From an uncultured delta proteobacterium (lineage in GTDB: Bacteria > Myxococcota_A > Polyangia > Polyangiales > Polyangiaceae), in assembly GCA_963716725.1 (NCBI GenBank), contig CAVQUB010000007.1:1-64000 (forward strand): a DNA stretch of 64,000 nucleotides, read 5' to 3'. Of this stretch, positions 34,094 to 45,317 are shown piece by piece (positions within the stretch are counted from its first letter, which is position 1; every line of letters starts with the position of its first letter). The notes under the pieces were generated by a model, which ran no database searches, had not been told where the DNA came from, and saw only the letters and a list, made by a program, of their open reading frames with translations. Both the position numbers and the translations under genes were made by a program.

Positions 34094-34822
34094 ATGAGCG
34101 CCCAGCCCCCGACGGTCGCGCTCGTCACCGGCGGCGTGCGTGGCCTCGGGCTCTGCGCGGCCCGCAGGCTGGCCGCGCGCGGCGCGCGCGTGCACCTGGT
34201 CTACCGGACCTCGACCGAGGCGGCCCAGGCCCTCGAGCGCGAGTTCCCCGGCCGCGTGCATCGTGCGAACGCGCTCGTTCCCGACGACCTGCGCTGCCTC
34301 GTGGCCGATGTCCTGGGTCGCGACGGCCGGCTGGACACGCTCGTGCACGCGGTGGGGGAGTACGCGACCGGCGCGCTCGAGGGCTACCCCGCCGACGACC
34401 TGCGGCGCATGCTGGCCAGCAACGTCGAGTCGTCCTTCCTGGCGCTGGCGGCCACGCGCACCGCGCTGCGGGCCGCGCGCGGCTCGGCGCTGTTCTTCGG
34501 CTGCGCCGGCAACGCCAGCCCGCGGGCCTGGCGCCGCACGGCCGCCTACGCCGCGGCCAAGACGGCGCTGCTAACGCTGGTGCGCTCGTGGGCCGTGGAG
34601 GAGGCCCCCCACGGAGTGCGCGTGAACATGGTCTCGCCGGGTCACATTCCCCACGAGCACGCCGCGCCTGACACCAACGACCCGGCCCTGTGGCAGCGCA
34701 TCCCGATGGGAGTCCCCGGAGCCCCCGACGACGTGGCCGAGGCCGTCGCCTGGCTGACCTCGCCCGCTGCGCGCTACGTCACCGGGGCCAACGTCGAGGT
34801 CGCAGGCGGCTGGATGCTCTGA
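34094..34822 (+). CDS. SDR-family oxidoreductase
   Basis: VTGGVRGLG, YAAAK, VNMVSPG, YVTGANVEVAGG. Confidence 0.9.
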   Translation: MSAQPPTVALVTGGVRGLGLCAARRLAARGARVHLVYRTSTEAAQALEREFPGRVHRANALVPDDLRCLVADVLGRDGRLDTLVHAVGEYATGALEGYPADDLRRMLASNVESSFLALAATRTALRAARGSALFFGCAGNASPRAWRRTAAYAAAKTALLTLVRSWAVEEAPHGVRVNMVSPGHIPHEHAAPDTNDPALWQRIPMGVPGAPDDVAEAVAWLTSPAARYVTGANVEVAGGWML

Positions 34823-34828
34823 AGCCCG

Positions 34829-35735
34829 TCAGGGCCGCGGCCGGGCGATGTGCGTCGACAGGGCCCCGATGCCCTCGACCTCGCACACGACCTCGTCGCC
34901 GTGCTGCGAGCGGGCCGACGCCGGCCGGCGTGCCCATCAGGATCACGTCACCGGGGTTGAGCGGCATGTGCCGCGAGAGCCAGGCCAGCGCCGTGGGCAC
35001 GTCGCTGATCCAGGCCGAGGTGCGTGCCTCCTGGCGCGTCTCCCAGCGCGTCGCGCCGGCCCGTCGCACCCGGCAGGTGAGGCCCAGGTCGGCGACGTCG
35101 AGGTGGTCGCGCGGCACCAGGCAGGGACCGAGCGGGCACGACGCGGGCGAGGTTCTTGGCGCGGAACCAGGGATGCCCGAGCTTGCGGTCGCGCCCCTGG
35201 AGCGAGCGGGCGGTGAGGTCGTTGGCGACGGTGTAGCCAGCGACGTGGTCGAAGGCGCGCTGGGGCTGGATGTCGCGTCCGGGACGACCGATCACGACCG
35301 CCAGCTCGGCCTCGTGGTCGAAGCGCTCGGCGTACCAGCCCGGCACCTCGACCGTCGCGTCGTGGGGGACGAGCGTCTCGGGCAGCTTGTTGAAGAACAG
35401 CGGCTCCTCGGGCGGCTCCTCGCCGAACTCCTCGGCGTGCGCGCGGAAGTTCTTGCCCAGCGCCAGCACCTTGCCGACCTGGCGCGGGTCGAGCGGCGTC
35501 AGCACTTGCCGGGGCGCGGGGACCTCCGTCCAGTCGCCCTCGTCCAGCGCACGTATCGAGCCGCGCGGCCTCGAAGAACCCGGCCGCGAGCAGCCCGGAG
35601 AGGTCGGCGGCCGACTGGCCCAAGTGCACCGAGAGATCGAGGAAGCGGCTGCCGTCCTCGCAGCACCAGCGCGGGGTGGGGCCGGTCGGGGACGCGGAAC
35701 AGCCGCACCTGGCGCGGCGAGCGGGCCGACGTCAC
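34829..35735 (-). CDS. Fumarylacetoacetate hydrolase-family protein (frameshifted)
   Basis: KVLALGKNFRAHAEE, FNKLP, DHEAELAVVIG, GYTVANDLTAR, LNPGDVILMGTPAGVG. Confidence 0.88.
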
Positions 35736-35736
35736 C

Positions 35737-37527
35737 TCAGCGCCCGCCTTCCGCTGGCGGCAGGGCCGTCTCGAGCGCGAGCAGCGCGTAGGCCGTGGCC
35801 AGCAGCGGGATTGCCCTCGTACCAGCGCGGGCTGTTGTGGTTGAGCCACGAGCCGTCGGCTCGGCTCTGCATCGCGACCAGGCGGCCGCACAGCTCGCTG
35901 CGCCAGGCGTGCTCGCCGCCGTCGGCGTGCTGAGCGGTCTCGACGCCGTAGGCGTCGAGGGCCTGGGCCAGCGTGAGGAAGTAGTAGAACAGGCCCTGGT
36001 AGGCGGCGCTGTGGGATCGAGGGCCACGTCGAAGCCGGGGTTGACGTCGAGCGTGTAGTTGCGCTGGCACCACTCGAAGGCCGCCTGCAGCCGCGGGTCG
36101 TCCTTGGGCAGGCCGGCGAAGACGTAGCACTTGAGCAGCGCGTAGGTCATCGAGCCGTAGGAGCGCGGCACCCGCGTGCCGTCGGCGAGCTCGACGAAGC
36201 CGGCCTTGGAGTCGCCCGGGCGAGTAGCCCGCGCCGCCGTCGTCGCCGCTGCGCGATCAGCGCTCGCCGTCGCGGCTCGATGCGCACGTCGTTCGACTCG
36301 GAGCGGTTCTGGCGTGCGCTGCAGGAAGCGCAGGCGCCTTGGCGTAGGTCTCGGCGTCGTCCTGCTCGCGCCCGGCGGCGTGCAGCGCCTCGAGCGCCAT
36401 CTGCAGGTTGGAGAGGTCGGCGCGCTCCGTCGCTGCCGTAGCCGATGCCGCCGTAGTACAGGTCGCCCTCGCTGTAGCCCTCGCTCGTCGTCGGTCTGCA
36501 GGCCGGCGCAGGAAGGCCGCGCGCCCGCGCGATCACCGGCGGCGTGCTCGTCGCGTCCGGCGCGCGCGAGCGCCAGGATCGCGGCCGAGGTGATGTAGTT
36601 GGCGAGCTTGCCGTCGTGGATCGAGCCGTCCTCGTGCTGCAGCGAGACGAGCCACGCGAGGCCCGCGTCGATCCTGGCCTGGATCGCGGCCTCGGGCGCG
36701 GCCGGGGCAGGGCCTGCAGCGCCGCCCAGCGCCATCGCCGTCAGACCCGCGTCGGGCTGGCCCGGCGCGCCGAAGCGCCCCTGCTCGTCGGCGAGCTGCG
36801 CCAGGAAGGTGGCGCCCCTGACCAGGGCCTCGAGGGCGGCCGCGCGATCGGCAGGCGAGAAGTCGGGCAGCGCGCGCACCCCGGCGTGGCGGGCCCCGGC
36901 GGAGGATGCGCCCGCGGCCTCGATCGCGGCGAGGTGGCTCAGGGCGATCACGCGCGCCGCCGTCTCGACGACGCGTCCCCGGGGTCCGACCCAGAAGCCT
37001 CCCGCGTCGCGCTCGGCGATCAGCGCCGCGGCGATCCTGCCTGCGCCGGATGCGCCCTCGGGCAGCTCGCCCAGCTCGAGGCCGTAGGGGAAGTCCTCGG
37101 GCAGCGCGGCGGCGTGCTCGTTCAGCCAAGCCCGCGCTCGCGCGCGCGCCTCGGCGTGCCCGCCGTCGCCCAGGCGCAGGGCCGCGGCCGCAAGCGCCGT
37201 CGTCCGGGCGAGGTCGGCGGGCGCTGCGTCCGGCGGCCCGATCGCGCCGTCTTCGCGCTGCAACGACACGAGATGCTCAAGGGCCTTGCGTACGAAGGGA
37301 CCGTCGATCGCACGGTAGTGGTCGGGGCACTCGGCGAAGGCGATGACCGCCAGGGCCGTGGCCTCCAGGGAGCCCTCGTAGGCCCCCGATTCCAGGTCCT
37401 GGGCCGAGCGCAGCCAGCGGATCGAGGTGCGGATCTCGCCGCCCAGGTCGACCTGCTGCGGTCGGGGCAGGGCAGCGGCGGGTGTCGGAGCGGCCAGGAC
37501 GGCGGCCGCGAGGAGCAGGCTGAGCAT
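35737..37527 (-). CDS. Secreted prenyltransferase/squalene-oxidase-repeat (alpha/alpha barrel) protein (frameshifted)
   Basis: Signal peptide; QW-like repeats [29 protein letters not shown], AMQx[30 protein letters not shown]. Confidence 0.8.
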   Translation of the reverse strand: MLSLLLAAAVLAAPTPAAALPRPQQVDLGGEIRTSIRWLRSAQDLESGAYEGSLEATALAVIAFAECPDHYRAIDGPFVRKALEHLVSLQREDGAIGPPDAAPADLARTTALAAAALRLGDGGHAEARARARAWLNEHAAALPEDFPYGLELGELPEGASGAGRIAAALIAERDAGGFWVGPRGRVVETAARVIALSHLAAIEAAGASSAGARHAGVRALPDFSPADRAAALEALVRGATFLAQLADEQGRFGAPGQPDAGLTAMALGGAAGPAPAAPEAAIQARIDAGLAWLVSLQHEDGSIHDGKLANYITSAAILALARAGRDEHAAGDRAGARPSCAGLQTDDERGLQRGRPVLRRHRLRQRRSAPTSPTCRWRSRRCTPPGASRTTPRPTPRRLRFLQRTPEPLRVERRAHRAATASADRAAATTAARATRPGDSKAGFVELADGTRVPRSYGSMTYALLKCYVFAGLPKDDPRLQAAFEWCQRNYTLDVNPGFDVALDPTAPPTRACSTTSSRWPRPSTPTASRPLSTPTAASTPGAASCAAAWSRCRAEPTARGSTTTARAGTRAIPLLATAYALLALETALPPAEGGR

Positions 37528-37678
37528 GGATGGGTCTCCGCGACGGGTCGGGTAGGCATCCTAGGGCGAGGCGCTCGGCGACCCCAGGGCAGGGGGCGCG
37601 GATCCAACGCAGCCTCCCGGCCCCGGTTCAGGGGCGACTGGCGGCGAGGCGGGAGGCGCACCTATCCTGCTCGCTGCG

Positions 37679-38352
37679 ATGCCCGACCCCGCGAGACCGC
37701 CCGACAGCGTGCCGCTCGACTTCACGCGCCTGCCGCAGGGGACGATGCTGGGGCGGGCCCGGGCCTGGCGGCTGGAGCTGGCCCGACGCCGGTCGGTGCG
37801 TGCGTTCGCGCCCGACCCGCTGCCCGCGGGGCTGCTGGACGAGTGCATCGCCGCGGCCGGCAGCGCCCCCTCGGGGGCCCACCGCCAGCCCTGGACCTTC
37901 GTCGTCGTGCGCGACCCCGCGTCAAGCGGCGCATCCGGGTGGCGGCCGAGGAGGAGGAGCGCAAGCTCTACCACGAGCGCATCAGCGCCGAGTGGCGCGC
38001 GGCCCTGGCGCCGCTGGGCACCGACGAGCACAAGCCCTTCCTGGAGATCGCCCCGGCCCTGATCGTGGTCTTCCGGCACGCCTACGGGCTCGAGGACGGG
38101 CGCAAGCACACCAACTACTACACCCAGGAGTCGGTGGGCATCGCGGTGGGCTTCCTGCTGGCGTCGCTGCACCACGCCGGCGTCGCGACGCTGACCCACA
38201 CGCCCAGCCCTATGAGCTTCCTGCAGGAGCTCCTCGAGCGGCCCGAGAACGAGCAGGCCTACCTGCTGATCCCGGTCGGCTACCCGGCCGAGGGCTGCCG
38301 CGTGCCCGACCTCGCGCGCAAGTCGCTGGACGAGATCCGCGTCGAGCTCTGA
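37679..38352 (+). CDS. Nitroreductase superfamily, iodotyrosine deiodinase (IYD)-like (frameshift near 37920)
   Basis: [54 protein letters not shown]. Confidence 0.85.
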
Positions 38353-38389
38353 GCGCATCCGCGCGAGGGGGTCCGTCGAACCCGCTGCC

Positions 38390-39898
38390 ATGCCCATCCC
38401 CCCGCTGCGCCTGCGTGACGCCAACGGGGCCGACCTGCGGCCGGGCGGCGCGTTCGTCCTCTACTGGATGATCGCCGCGCGCCGCACGCGCTGGAACTTC
38501 GCCCTCCAGCGGGCGGTCGAGCTGGCCGCGCGAGCTCGACCGGCCGCTGCTCGTGCTCGAGGCGCTGCGCGTGCGACTACCGCTGGGCCAGCGACCGCCT
38601 GCACCGCTTCGTGCTCGACGGCATGGCGGACAACGCCGCGCGCTGCGACCGACGGGCGTCGCTCTACTACCCCTACGTCGAGCCCGCGGCCGGGCGCCGG
38701 CAAGGGGCTGCTCGAGGCGCTCGCGCAGCGGCGCCTGCGTCGTCGTCACCGACGACTTCCCCTGCTTCTTCCTGCCGCGCATGGTGCAGGCCGCGGCGCG
38801 GCAAGCTCGACGTGCGGCTCGAGGCGGTCGACGCCAACGGGCTGCTGCCGCTGCGCGCGACCGACGCGCGCCTTCACGACCGCGTACTCCTTCCGGCGTC
38901 CACCTGCAGAAGGAGCTGCGCGTCGCACCTGGCGCAGGTCCCCAGGCGCGACCCGCTCGCGCGCGTCTCGCTGCGCCCGCGCCGAGCGCGGCTGCCGGCC
39001 GCGATCACGCGGCGCTGGCCGGCGGCGACGGCCGCGCTGCTCGCGGGCGGCCGGCGCGCTGGCTGCGCGACCTGCCGATCGACCACGCCGTCGCCCCGGT
39101 CGCCGTACGCGCGGCGGCAGCGTCGCGGGCGACGCGCATCCTCGCGCGCTTCCTGCGCCAGCGCCTCGCGCGCTACGCGCGAGGACCGCAACGACCCCGG
39201 CGAGGACGCCACGAGCGGGCTCTCGCCCTACCTGCACTTCGGCCACGTCGGTGCCCACGAGGTGCTGCGAGCGCCTGGCCGCGCGCGAGCGGCTGGTCGC
39301 CCGACGACGTCAGCCGCGAGTCGCGGGCGGCGCAGCGCGCGGGCTGGTGGGGGACTGAGCGCCGGCGGCCGAGGCCTTCCTCGACCAGCTCGTCACCTGG
39401 CGCGAGCTCGGCTTCAACTTCTGCCACAAGCGCGCGGACTACGACCGCTACGAGTCGCTGCCCGACTGGGCGCTGCAGACGCTCGGCCGAGCACGCCGCG
39501 ACCCGCCGCAGGCTACGTCTACACGCTCGCGCAGCTCGAGGCGCGCGGCGACCCACGACGAGCTGTGGAACGCCGCCCAGCGGCAGCTGCGCGGCGAGGG
39601 CCGCATCCACAACTACCTGCGCATGCTGTGGGGCAAGAAGATCCTGCGAGTGGAGCGCCAGCCCCGCGCGAGGCGCTCGAGGTGATGATCGAGCTCAACA
39701 ACCGGTACGCGCTCGACGGCCGCGACCCCAACTCCTACAGCGGCATCTTCTGGATGCTCGGCCGCTACGACCGCGCCTGGGGCCGCGAGCGCGCCGATCT
39801 TCGGCAAGGTGCGCTACATGAGCTCCGACAGCACGCGCCGCAAGCTCGACGTCGGGCCGTACCTGGAGCGCTGGGCCGCGCCGGGCCTGTTGGCCTAG
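38390..39898 (+). CDS. phr: Class II CPD DNA photolyase (many frameshifts)
   Basis: [68 protein letters not shown]. Confidence 0.9.
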
Positions 39899-40221
39899 CG
39901 CTCCTCCGCGGCGAGCTTCACGGCCGTGCCGTAGGCCATGAACTCGCTGGCGCCCGCGGCGATCTCGCTGGAGGCGAAGCGCAGTCCGACGATGGCGTCC
40001 GCCCCGCGCGCGCGGGCCTCGGCGATCATGCGATCGAGGGCCTGCTCGCGCGCCTCGGCCAGGAGCTTGGTGTACTCCTCGACCTCGCCCCCGACGAGGT
40101 TCTTGAGCCAGGCCATGATGTCGCGGCCCACGTTGCGGGCGCGCACGGTGTTGCCGCGCACCAGGCCGATCACGCGCTCGACGCGCCGGCCGGGGACCTC
40201 GTCGGTGGTGAGCAGGATCAA
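39895..40221 (-). CDS. YbjQ-family protein
   Basis: [44 protein letters not shown] start overlaps the upstream stop. Confidence 0.92.
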   Translation of the reverse strand: MILLTTDEVPGRRVERVIGLVRGNTVRARNVGRDIMAWLKNLVGGEVEEYTKLLAEAREQALDRMIAEARARGADAIVGLRFASSEIAAGASEFMAYGTAVKLAAEER

Positions 40222-40664
40222 CGCTGGACCTCGGTGTAGGGGTCGTAGGGTCGCGTGCGCAGGCGCGCGCGCACGGCGCCGGCGACGAGCAGGAGTCCGC
40301 CCAGGAGCAGGCCGCCCAGCGCCAGCTTCGGCACCGTCGGCATGTCGCTGACGGCGATGGTGTACTCGCCCCAGGCCAGCAGGGTCACGCCCGCCCCGAC
40401 CAGCAGCGTCCAGCCCGCGCCCAGGAGCAGGCGCTGCAGCGGGTCGAGGCCCAGCCGGCGCCACTCGAAGTCCATCGGCTCGGGCGGGGCGACCTGGCGC
40501 GCAAGCGTCTGCAGACGACGGTAGCGCGCCACCTCGAGCGCGAGGGCGGGACTCGCGGCCATGCGGCGCTCGAAGCCAGCGCGCTCCTCGGCGTCTAGCT
40601 CGCCATCGGCGTAGGCCATCGCCTGCAGCTCGTCGCGGCTGGGCTCTCGTTCGGTGGAGGTCAT
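40218..40664 (-). CDS. Putative membrane anti-sigma factor
   Basis: [16 protein letters not shown] (anti-sigma domain-like, no HxxxCxxC), two TM helices, C-terminal DPYTEVQR; directly downstream of an ECF sigma. Confidence 0.75.
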   Translation of the reverse strand: MTSTEREPSRDELQAMAYADGELDAEERAGFERRMAASPALALEVARYRRLQTLARQVAPPEPMDFEWRRLGLDPLQRLLLGAGWTLLVGAGVTLLAWGEYTIAVSDMPTVPKLALGGLLLGGLLLVAGAVRARLRTRPYDPYTEVQR

Positions 40665-40680
40665 CGGGTGCAGGGCGGGG

Positions 40681-41292
40681 TCAGGGTCTCTTGTCGCCGG
40701 GGACGGCGGCCGCGCCGTCCTCTTCGAGGACGGCGCCGAGGCCCTCGCGCAGGCGCCGGCGGGCGTGGAACAGGCGCGACATCACCGTCCCGATCGGGAT
40801 CGAGAGCGTGTCGGCGATCTCCTTGTAGCTGAGCTCCTGGAAGTGGCGCAGGGCCAGGATCTCGCGGTCGCGGGCCGAGAGCTCGCGGAAGGCCTGCCAG
40901 AAGAGCTGCGCGCGCTCGTCGCCGAGCGCGGCCTCGGAGGGGTCCGGCGCCTCGTCGGCGATCTCCCAGTCGCCCTCGTCCTGGTCCAGGCCGCCGCGCG
41001 CCGACAGCGAGGTCTTGCGCAGCCGCCCGCGCTGGCGCAGGAAGCTGAAGCAGCAGTTGCGCAGGATGCGGTGGAACCAGGGCAGGAAGGGCTCCCCGTC
41101 GCGGTAGCTGGCGCGCGCGCGGTAGGTCTTGAGGAAGGCTTCCTGCGACAGCTCCATGGCGTCCTCGCGCGAGCCCACCAGGCTGACCGCCAGGCGGAAG
41201 GCCTGCGCTCGCAGGCTCTCGACCAGGCGATCGAAGGCCTCCCGGTCGCCGTGCTTGGCGGCCGTCATGAGGCGGGTCGCGTCGGCTTGCAT
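40681..41292 (-). CDS. ECF sigma-70 factor
   Basis: GDREAFDRLV, DAMELSQEAFLK, WFHRILRN, LSYKEIA...PIGTVMSRLFHARRRL. Confidence 0.93.
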   Translation of the reverse strand: MQADATRLMTAAKHGDREAFDRLVESLRAQAFRLAVSLVGSREDAMELSQEAFLKTYRARASYRDGEPFLPWFHRILRNCCFSFLRQRGRLRKTSLSARGGLDQDEGDWEIADEAPDPSEAALGDERAQLFWQAFRELSARDREILALRHFQELSYKEIADTLSIPIGTVMSRLFHARRRLREGLGAVLEEDGAAAVPGDKRP

Positions 41293-41381
41293 GCTCTGGC
41301 CCCCGTACGTCGCCTCCGGCACCGAATTCTCGGCGGGTCCGGAAGGGCGGCCGGCGGGGGGCGGAGGGGAGGGGGCTCGGC

Positions 41382-42759
41382 TCACGGCTGGCGCTGCGGT
41401 GCGGGTTCGGCGAGCAACTGGAGGGCCGCGGCCGCGGCACGCTCGCAGGCCCCCCGGGGGCCCAGTCGACGGGCGGCCAGGTCCAGCCCCGCGAGGCAGG
41501 CCCGGCGCCAGGGCTCGTCGTTGTAGCAGCGCTCCAGGGCGGCGCCCACCTCGACCTGTCGCCGGTCCCCCGCGTAGGCGAACTCGGGCAGGACCTGGTC
41601 GCCCACGACCAGGTTGGGGAGGGCGAACCAGGGCGCCAGCAGGACCTGCGGGTAGAGCCGGTAGAGCGCCTGGTTGCTCAGGCCGTAGACGACCACGGCC
41701 GGGATGCGCTGGTGCAGCAGGTCGACCAGGATCGTCCCGGAGACGCTGAAGGCCGCCCGGACGCGGCCCAGGGTCTCGTGCAGGCTGCCCAGCTCCAGGC
41801 GGACCCAGGCCTCGGCGCCGGCCGCGGCGATGTGGCCCTGCACCCGGCCCACGTGCTCGGTATCGCCGTGGGGCAGGACCACCTCGACCGGTCCCAGGCG
41901 CTCGCGCACGCGGCGCAGGACCGCGAGCATCCAGGGCAGGTTGCGATCGATCACGCTCGGCCCGGCTGCCGGGCAGCAGCGCGATCGCGCTGCGACCCGG
42001 GTCGTCGGGCGCGGCCACGGTCGCCGGCAGCGCGTCGAGCAGGGGGTGGCCGACGTGCAGCGTGACGATGCCACGCTGCTCGAACCAGCTCGGCTCGAAG
42101 GGCAGGATGGTCAGCGCACGATCGACGGCGGATCGCAGGCCACCCGCGCGCCACGGGGCCCAGCCCCAGTACTGGGGGGCGACGAGTTGCACGACCCGTG
42201 CGCCTGCCCGGCGTGCGATCCGTCCCAGGGGAACGTGCAGGGCGGGCGAGTCGACCAGCACGGCCAGGTCGCAGGTCGCCAGCTCGCGGCCTGCGCGCTC
42301 GAGCAGGCCGAGGTAGTAGGGCAGCGCCGCGAGGGCGCCGCCGAAGCCCATCGTCGCCCGCGCCACCGGGTCGCCGAGCGTGCGGATCCCCGCTGCCCGG
42401 AGCCGTTCCCCGCCCAGCCCGACCAATTCGGGCTCGGGGCCACCGCCCAGGGACAGGCGCCGCCGCAGCTCGCGCACGACGTTGCACGCGTGGATCTCGC
42501 CCGAGGTCTCGGCGCTGGAGACGAACACCCGCAGGCGCCTGGAGGGGACCGGCAGGTCGGCGGGCGGCTCCCAAGGCACCCCCGCTGCCCGGGCGATGTC
42601 GTCGCGCAGCTGGGCCTCTAGGGCCTCGTGGCAGAGCGTGAAGTCGATCAGCCGCAGCGGGAGCAGGGCCACAGCACCCAGCGCACGCCCGAGCTCGAGC
42701 GCGACCGAGAGGCGCACGGAGTGCGCCCGGTGACGCGGCGTCGCGGCGGAGGAGCTCAT
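41382..42759 (-). CDS. lpxB: Lipid-A-disaccharide synthase LpxB (frameshift near 41965)
   Basis: SSAETSGEIHA, VLVDSP, APQYWGWAPWR, ILPFE, VGHPLLD, ALLPGSR, SGTILVD, ALPNLV. Confidence 0.9.
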
Positions 42760-42875
42760 CGTCGCGAGAGCGTAGGGAGCCGGGGCCGCCGCTGCACGCC
42801 CGGGCCGCGGCGCTTGCACCCGATCCGGCCCCGGGCTACCTAGGGTCCGGGCCGTGGTCGACGGCGGCCCGCGCC

Positions 42876-43565
42876 ATGGGGCGACTCCTCGGCTTCTTCC
42901 TGCTCGTCCTGCTCTCCGTCTCGCTGCTGCGGACCCTGCCGGTCGTGGGCTCGTGGTTCCAGGGCTTCTTCGGCTTCTGGCTGGCGGCGATCGGGCTGAG
43001 CCTGGGCCTGACACGGCTCTCCGTCTTGCTGACGCGCCGCCGGCGCAGCGCTGGCGAGCTGCGCCAGCTGAGCGAGGTCGACAGCCCGCACAACCGTGGC
43101 AAGCTGGGCTCGTTGCTGCTGGCCAGCTCGCGCCCGCGGGCGGCCCTGCCGCATCTGGAGGCCGCGGTGGCCGGCGAGCCCGACCTGGCGGAATGGCGCT
43201 ACCGGCTGGGTGCGGCGTTGCTCGCCGCGGGGCGGGCTGCACGGGCGCGCACGGTGCTGGAGGCCGCGGCGGCGATCGACGAGGAGCACGCCTACGGCGC
43301 GGTCCAGCTCGCGCTGGCCGACGCGCGCCAGCGCAGCGACGACGCCGCCGCAGCGCTGGAGGCCCTGGACCGGTTCGATCGCAACCACGGCGAGTCCCCC
43401 GAGAGCTGCTACCGGCGTGGACAGGCCCTGCGGCGGCTGGGCCGGCGCGAGGAGGCGCGCGCGAGCTTTCGGCGCGTGACGCGGCTCGCCAGCCGGGCGG
43501 CACGCTTCCAGCGCGCCCAGAACCGTCCCTGGGTCTGGCGCTCGCTGCTGGCGCGCCTGGTCTAG
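42876..43565 (+). CDS. Membrane-anchored TPR protein
   Basis: Two N-terminal TM helices followed by TPR-like helical pairs (WRYRLGAALL, CYRRGQAL). Confidence 0.75.
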   Translation: MGRLLGFFLLVLLSVSLLRTLPVVGSWFQGFFGFWLAAIGLSLGLTRLSVLLTRRRRSAGELRQLSEVDSPHNRGKLGSLLLASSRPRAALPHLEAAVAGEPDLAEWRYRLGAALLAAGRAARARTVLEAAAAIDEEHAYGAVQLALADARQRSDDAAAALEALDRFDRNHGESPESCYRRGQALRRLGRREEARASFRRVTRLASRAARFQRAQNRPWVWRSLLARLV

Positions 43566-43572
43566 CGGCCCC

Positions 43573-44337
43573 TCAGGGGACGCGGCGGGCGAAGGCGATC
43601 TGCGCGACCAGGAACGCCACCGCGCTGACCCCTAGCAGCGGCCCGACGATGGCCAGGTCGAGCGAGCGCTGGCCGTAGATGCGCATGAGCACCTCGATGT
43701 CGACCAGCCGGATGGCCGACCAGTGCGTCACGCGCTCGACCAGGTAGAGCGCGAACTGCAGGATCGTCAGGAACAGCAGGCCGGTGGCGATCACCATCGG
43801 CCTGCGGCCGAGGCTCGACCAGCAGAAGGCCAGGCTGTAGATCGCCAGCAGGAAGATGCTCTCGTGCAGCGCGGCCAGCATGTAGGGCGGGAGGCTGCCG
43901 GGCTCGTCGACGAAGGTCAGCAGCCAGGGGATGGTCAGCGTGGTGACGAGCAGCGGGAGGATCAGCGCCAGGGCGCCCTGGACGTAGCGCTCGGTCAGGA
44001 TGCGGCGGCGGGAGATCGGTCGCGCCAGCAGGATCTCCAGCGTGCCGCGGTGGGCCTCGCCGGCGACGGCGCCCATGGCGAACAGCACGGCGGCCACGGC
44101 GCCGAGCACGTTGGCACCCTTGAAGAAGTGCTGGCCGGCCACGTAGGCGAAGACCCCGCCCGCCTCCAGCGAGGTGACCAGTTGCTTGAGCACCGGCAGC
44201 GGCGTCAACGAGCGCAGCTTGCCGACGTTCTGCTCGAAGCTCGGCCAGTAGAGGATGGCCGGGACCAGCATCAGCTCCAGCACGACGCCCAGGAACAGCC
44301 CGCGCCACAGGGCCGAGCGCGTCTCGTGGGAGACCAT
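43573..44337 (-). CDS. ABC-2 type permease
   Basis: AVAGEAHRGTLEILLARPISR; about 6 TM helices; start overlaps the ATPase stop. Confidence 0.85.
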   Translation of the reverse strand: MVSHETRSALWRGLFLGVVLELMLVPAILYWPSFEQNVGKLRSLTPLPVLKQLVTSLEAGGVFAYVAGQHFFKGANVLGAVAAVLFAMGAVAGEAHRGTLEILLARPISRRRILTERYVQGALALILPLLVTTLTIPWLLTFVDEPGSLPPYMLAALHESIFLLAIYSLAFCWSSLGRRPMVIATGLLFLTILQFALYLVERVTHWSAIRLVDIEVLMRIYGQRSLDLAIVGPLLGVSAVAFLVAQIAFARRVP

Positions 44338-45275
44338 CAGCAGGCCTCCACGCCGTACAGGTCGCGGTACAGCTCGCGCAGCGAGAGCTCGCCGTATTGC
44401 ACCGAGCAGGGCGGCGGCAGGTCGTCGCGCGCTCCCAGCGCGGCCAGCAGCGGGCGCGGATCGGCCTGATCGAGCTCGATCACCGCGTGCAAGCCGGTGC
44501 GCTGGAAACGTACCCCCTGCAGCGACTCGAGCGCGCGCTGGAGCGCCGGCTGCTCCAGGCCCTCCCAGCTCAGGCGCACCAGGCGCGAGGCGCGCTCGCG
44601 CAGCTCGGCCGCCCGCTCGATGGCGACCAGGCGACCTTCGTTGAGGAAGACGAACACCTCGCAGGCCCGGTCGACCTCGCCCAGGTGGTGCGACGACAGC
44701 AGGATCGTGGTTCCCGCCGCCGCGTCCTCGTCCAGGAGATCGAGCACGACGCTGCGCTTGTTGGGGTCGAGGCCCTCGGAGACCTCGTCGAGGATGCGCA
44801 CGCCCACGCGCGGCGCCAGGGCCGCGGCGAACAGCAGCTGGCGCTTCATGCCGTGGCTGTAGGTGTGGACCTTCTTGCGCAGCGGCAGGCCCAGCTCGCC
44901 CGCGATGCGACGGGCGCGCTCCTGCGCCTGGCGTCCACGCCCGCGCAGGAACCAGTCGAGGTGCGCGGCCGCGTTCAGGTCCCCGTACAGGGCGATCTCG
45001 CCCGGCGCGTAGGTGGTCCGTCGGCGCACCGCGGTGCCGTCGCCGACGACCGGCTCTCCATCGACGCTGGCGCTGCCCGCGTCGGGGCGAACCAGGCCGG
45101 TCAGCATGCGCAGCAAAGTGCTCTTGCCGCTGCCGTTGGGACCCAGCAGCCCCACGACGCCGCCCGGGCCGAGCTCCAGCTCGAGCGGCTCGAGGGCGAC
45201 CCGCTGGCCGAAGCTCCGCGTCAGGCCGTGCACGACGATGCGGCGATCGCCCAGGACCGTGGGTGCGGTGGACAT
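44337..45275 (-). CDS. ABC transporter ATPase
   Basis: GPNGSGKST, YSHGMKRQL, ILDEVSEGLDP, LSSHH. Confidence 0.92.
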   Translation of the reverse strand: MSTAPTVLGDRRIVVHGLTRSFGQRVALEPLELELGPGGVVGLLGPNGSGKSTLLRMLTGLVRPDAGSASVDGEPVVGDGTAVRRRTTYAPGEIALYGDLNAAAHLDWFLRGRGRQAQERARRIAGELGLPLRKKVHTYSHGMKRQLLFAAALAPRVGVRILDEVSEGLDPNKRSVVLDLLDEDAAAGTTILLSSHHLGEVDRACEVFVFLNEGRLVAIERAAELRERASRLVRLSWEGLEQPALQRALESLQGVRFQRTGLHAVIELDQADPRPLLAALGARDDLPPPCSVQYGELSLRELYRDLYGVEAC

Positions 45276-45317
45276 GCTGGCTGATTCTCCGCGCGGGGTC
45301 GCCCCGCGCAAGCGCGG

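Noticed and set aside
40681..43503. 940-aa ORF that looks like an LpxB-ECF sigma fusion
   Set aside because: Produced by the frameshift near 41965. The true LpxB C-terminus is in another frame ending at 41382, and the ECF has its own start.
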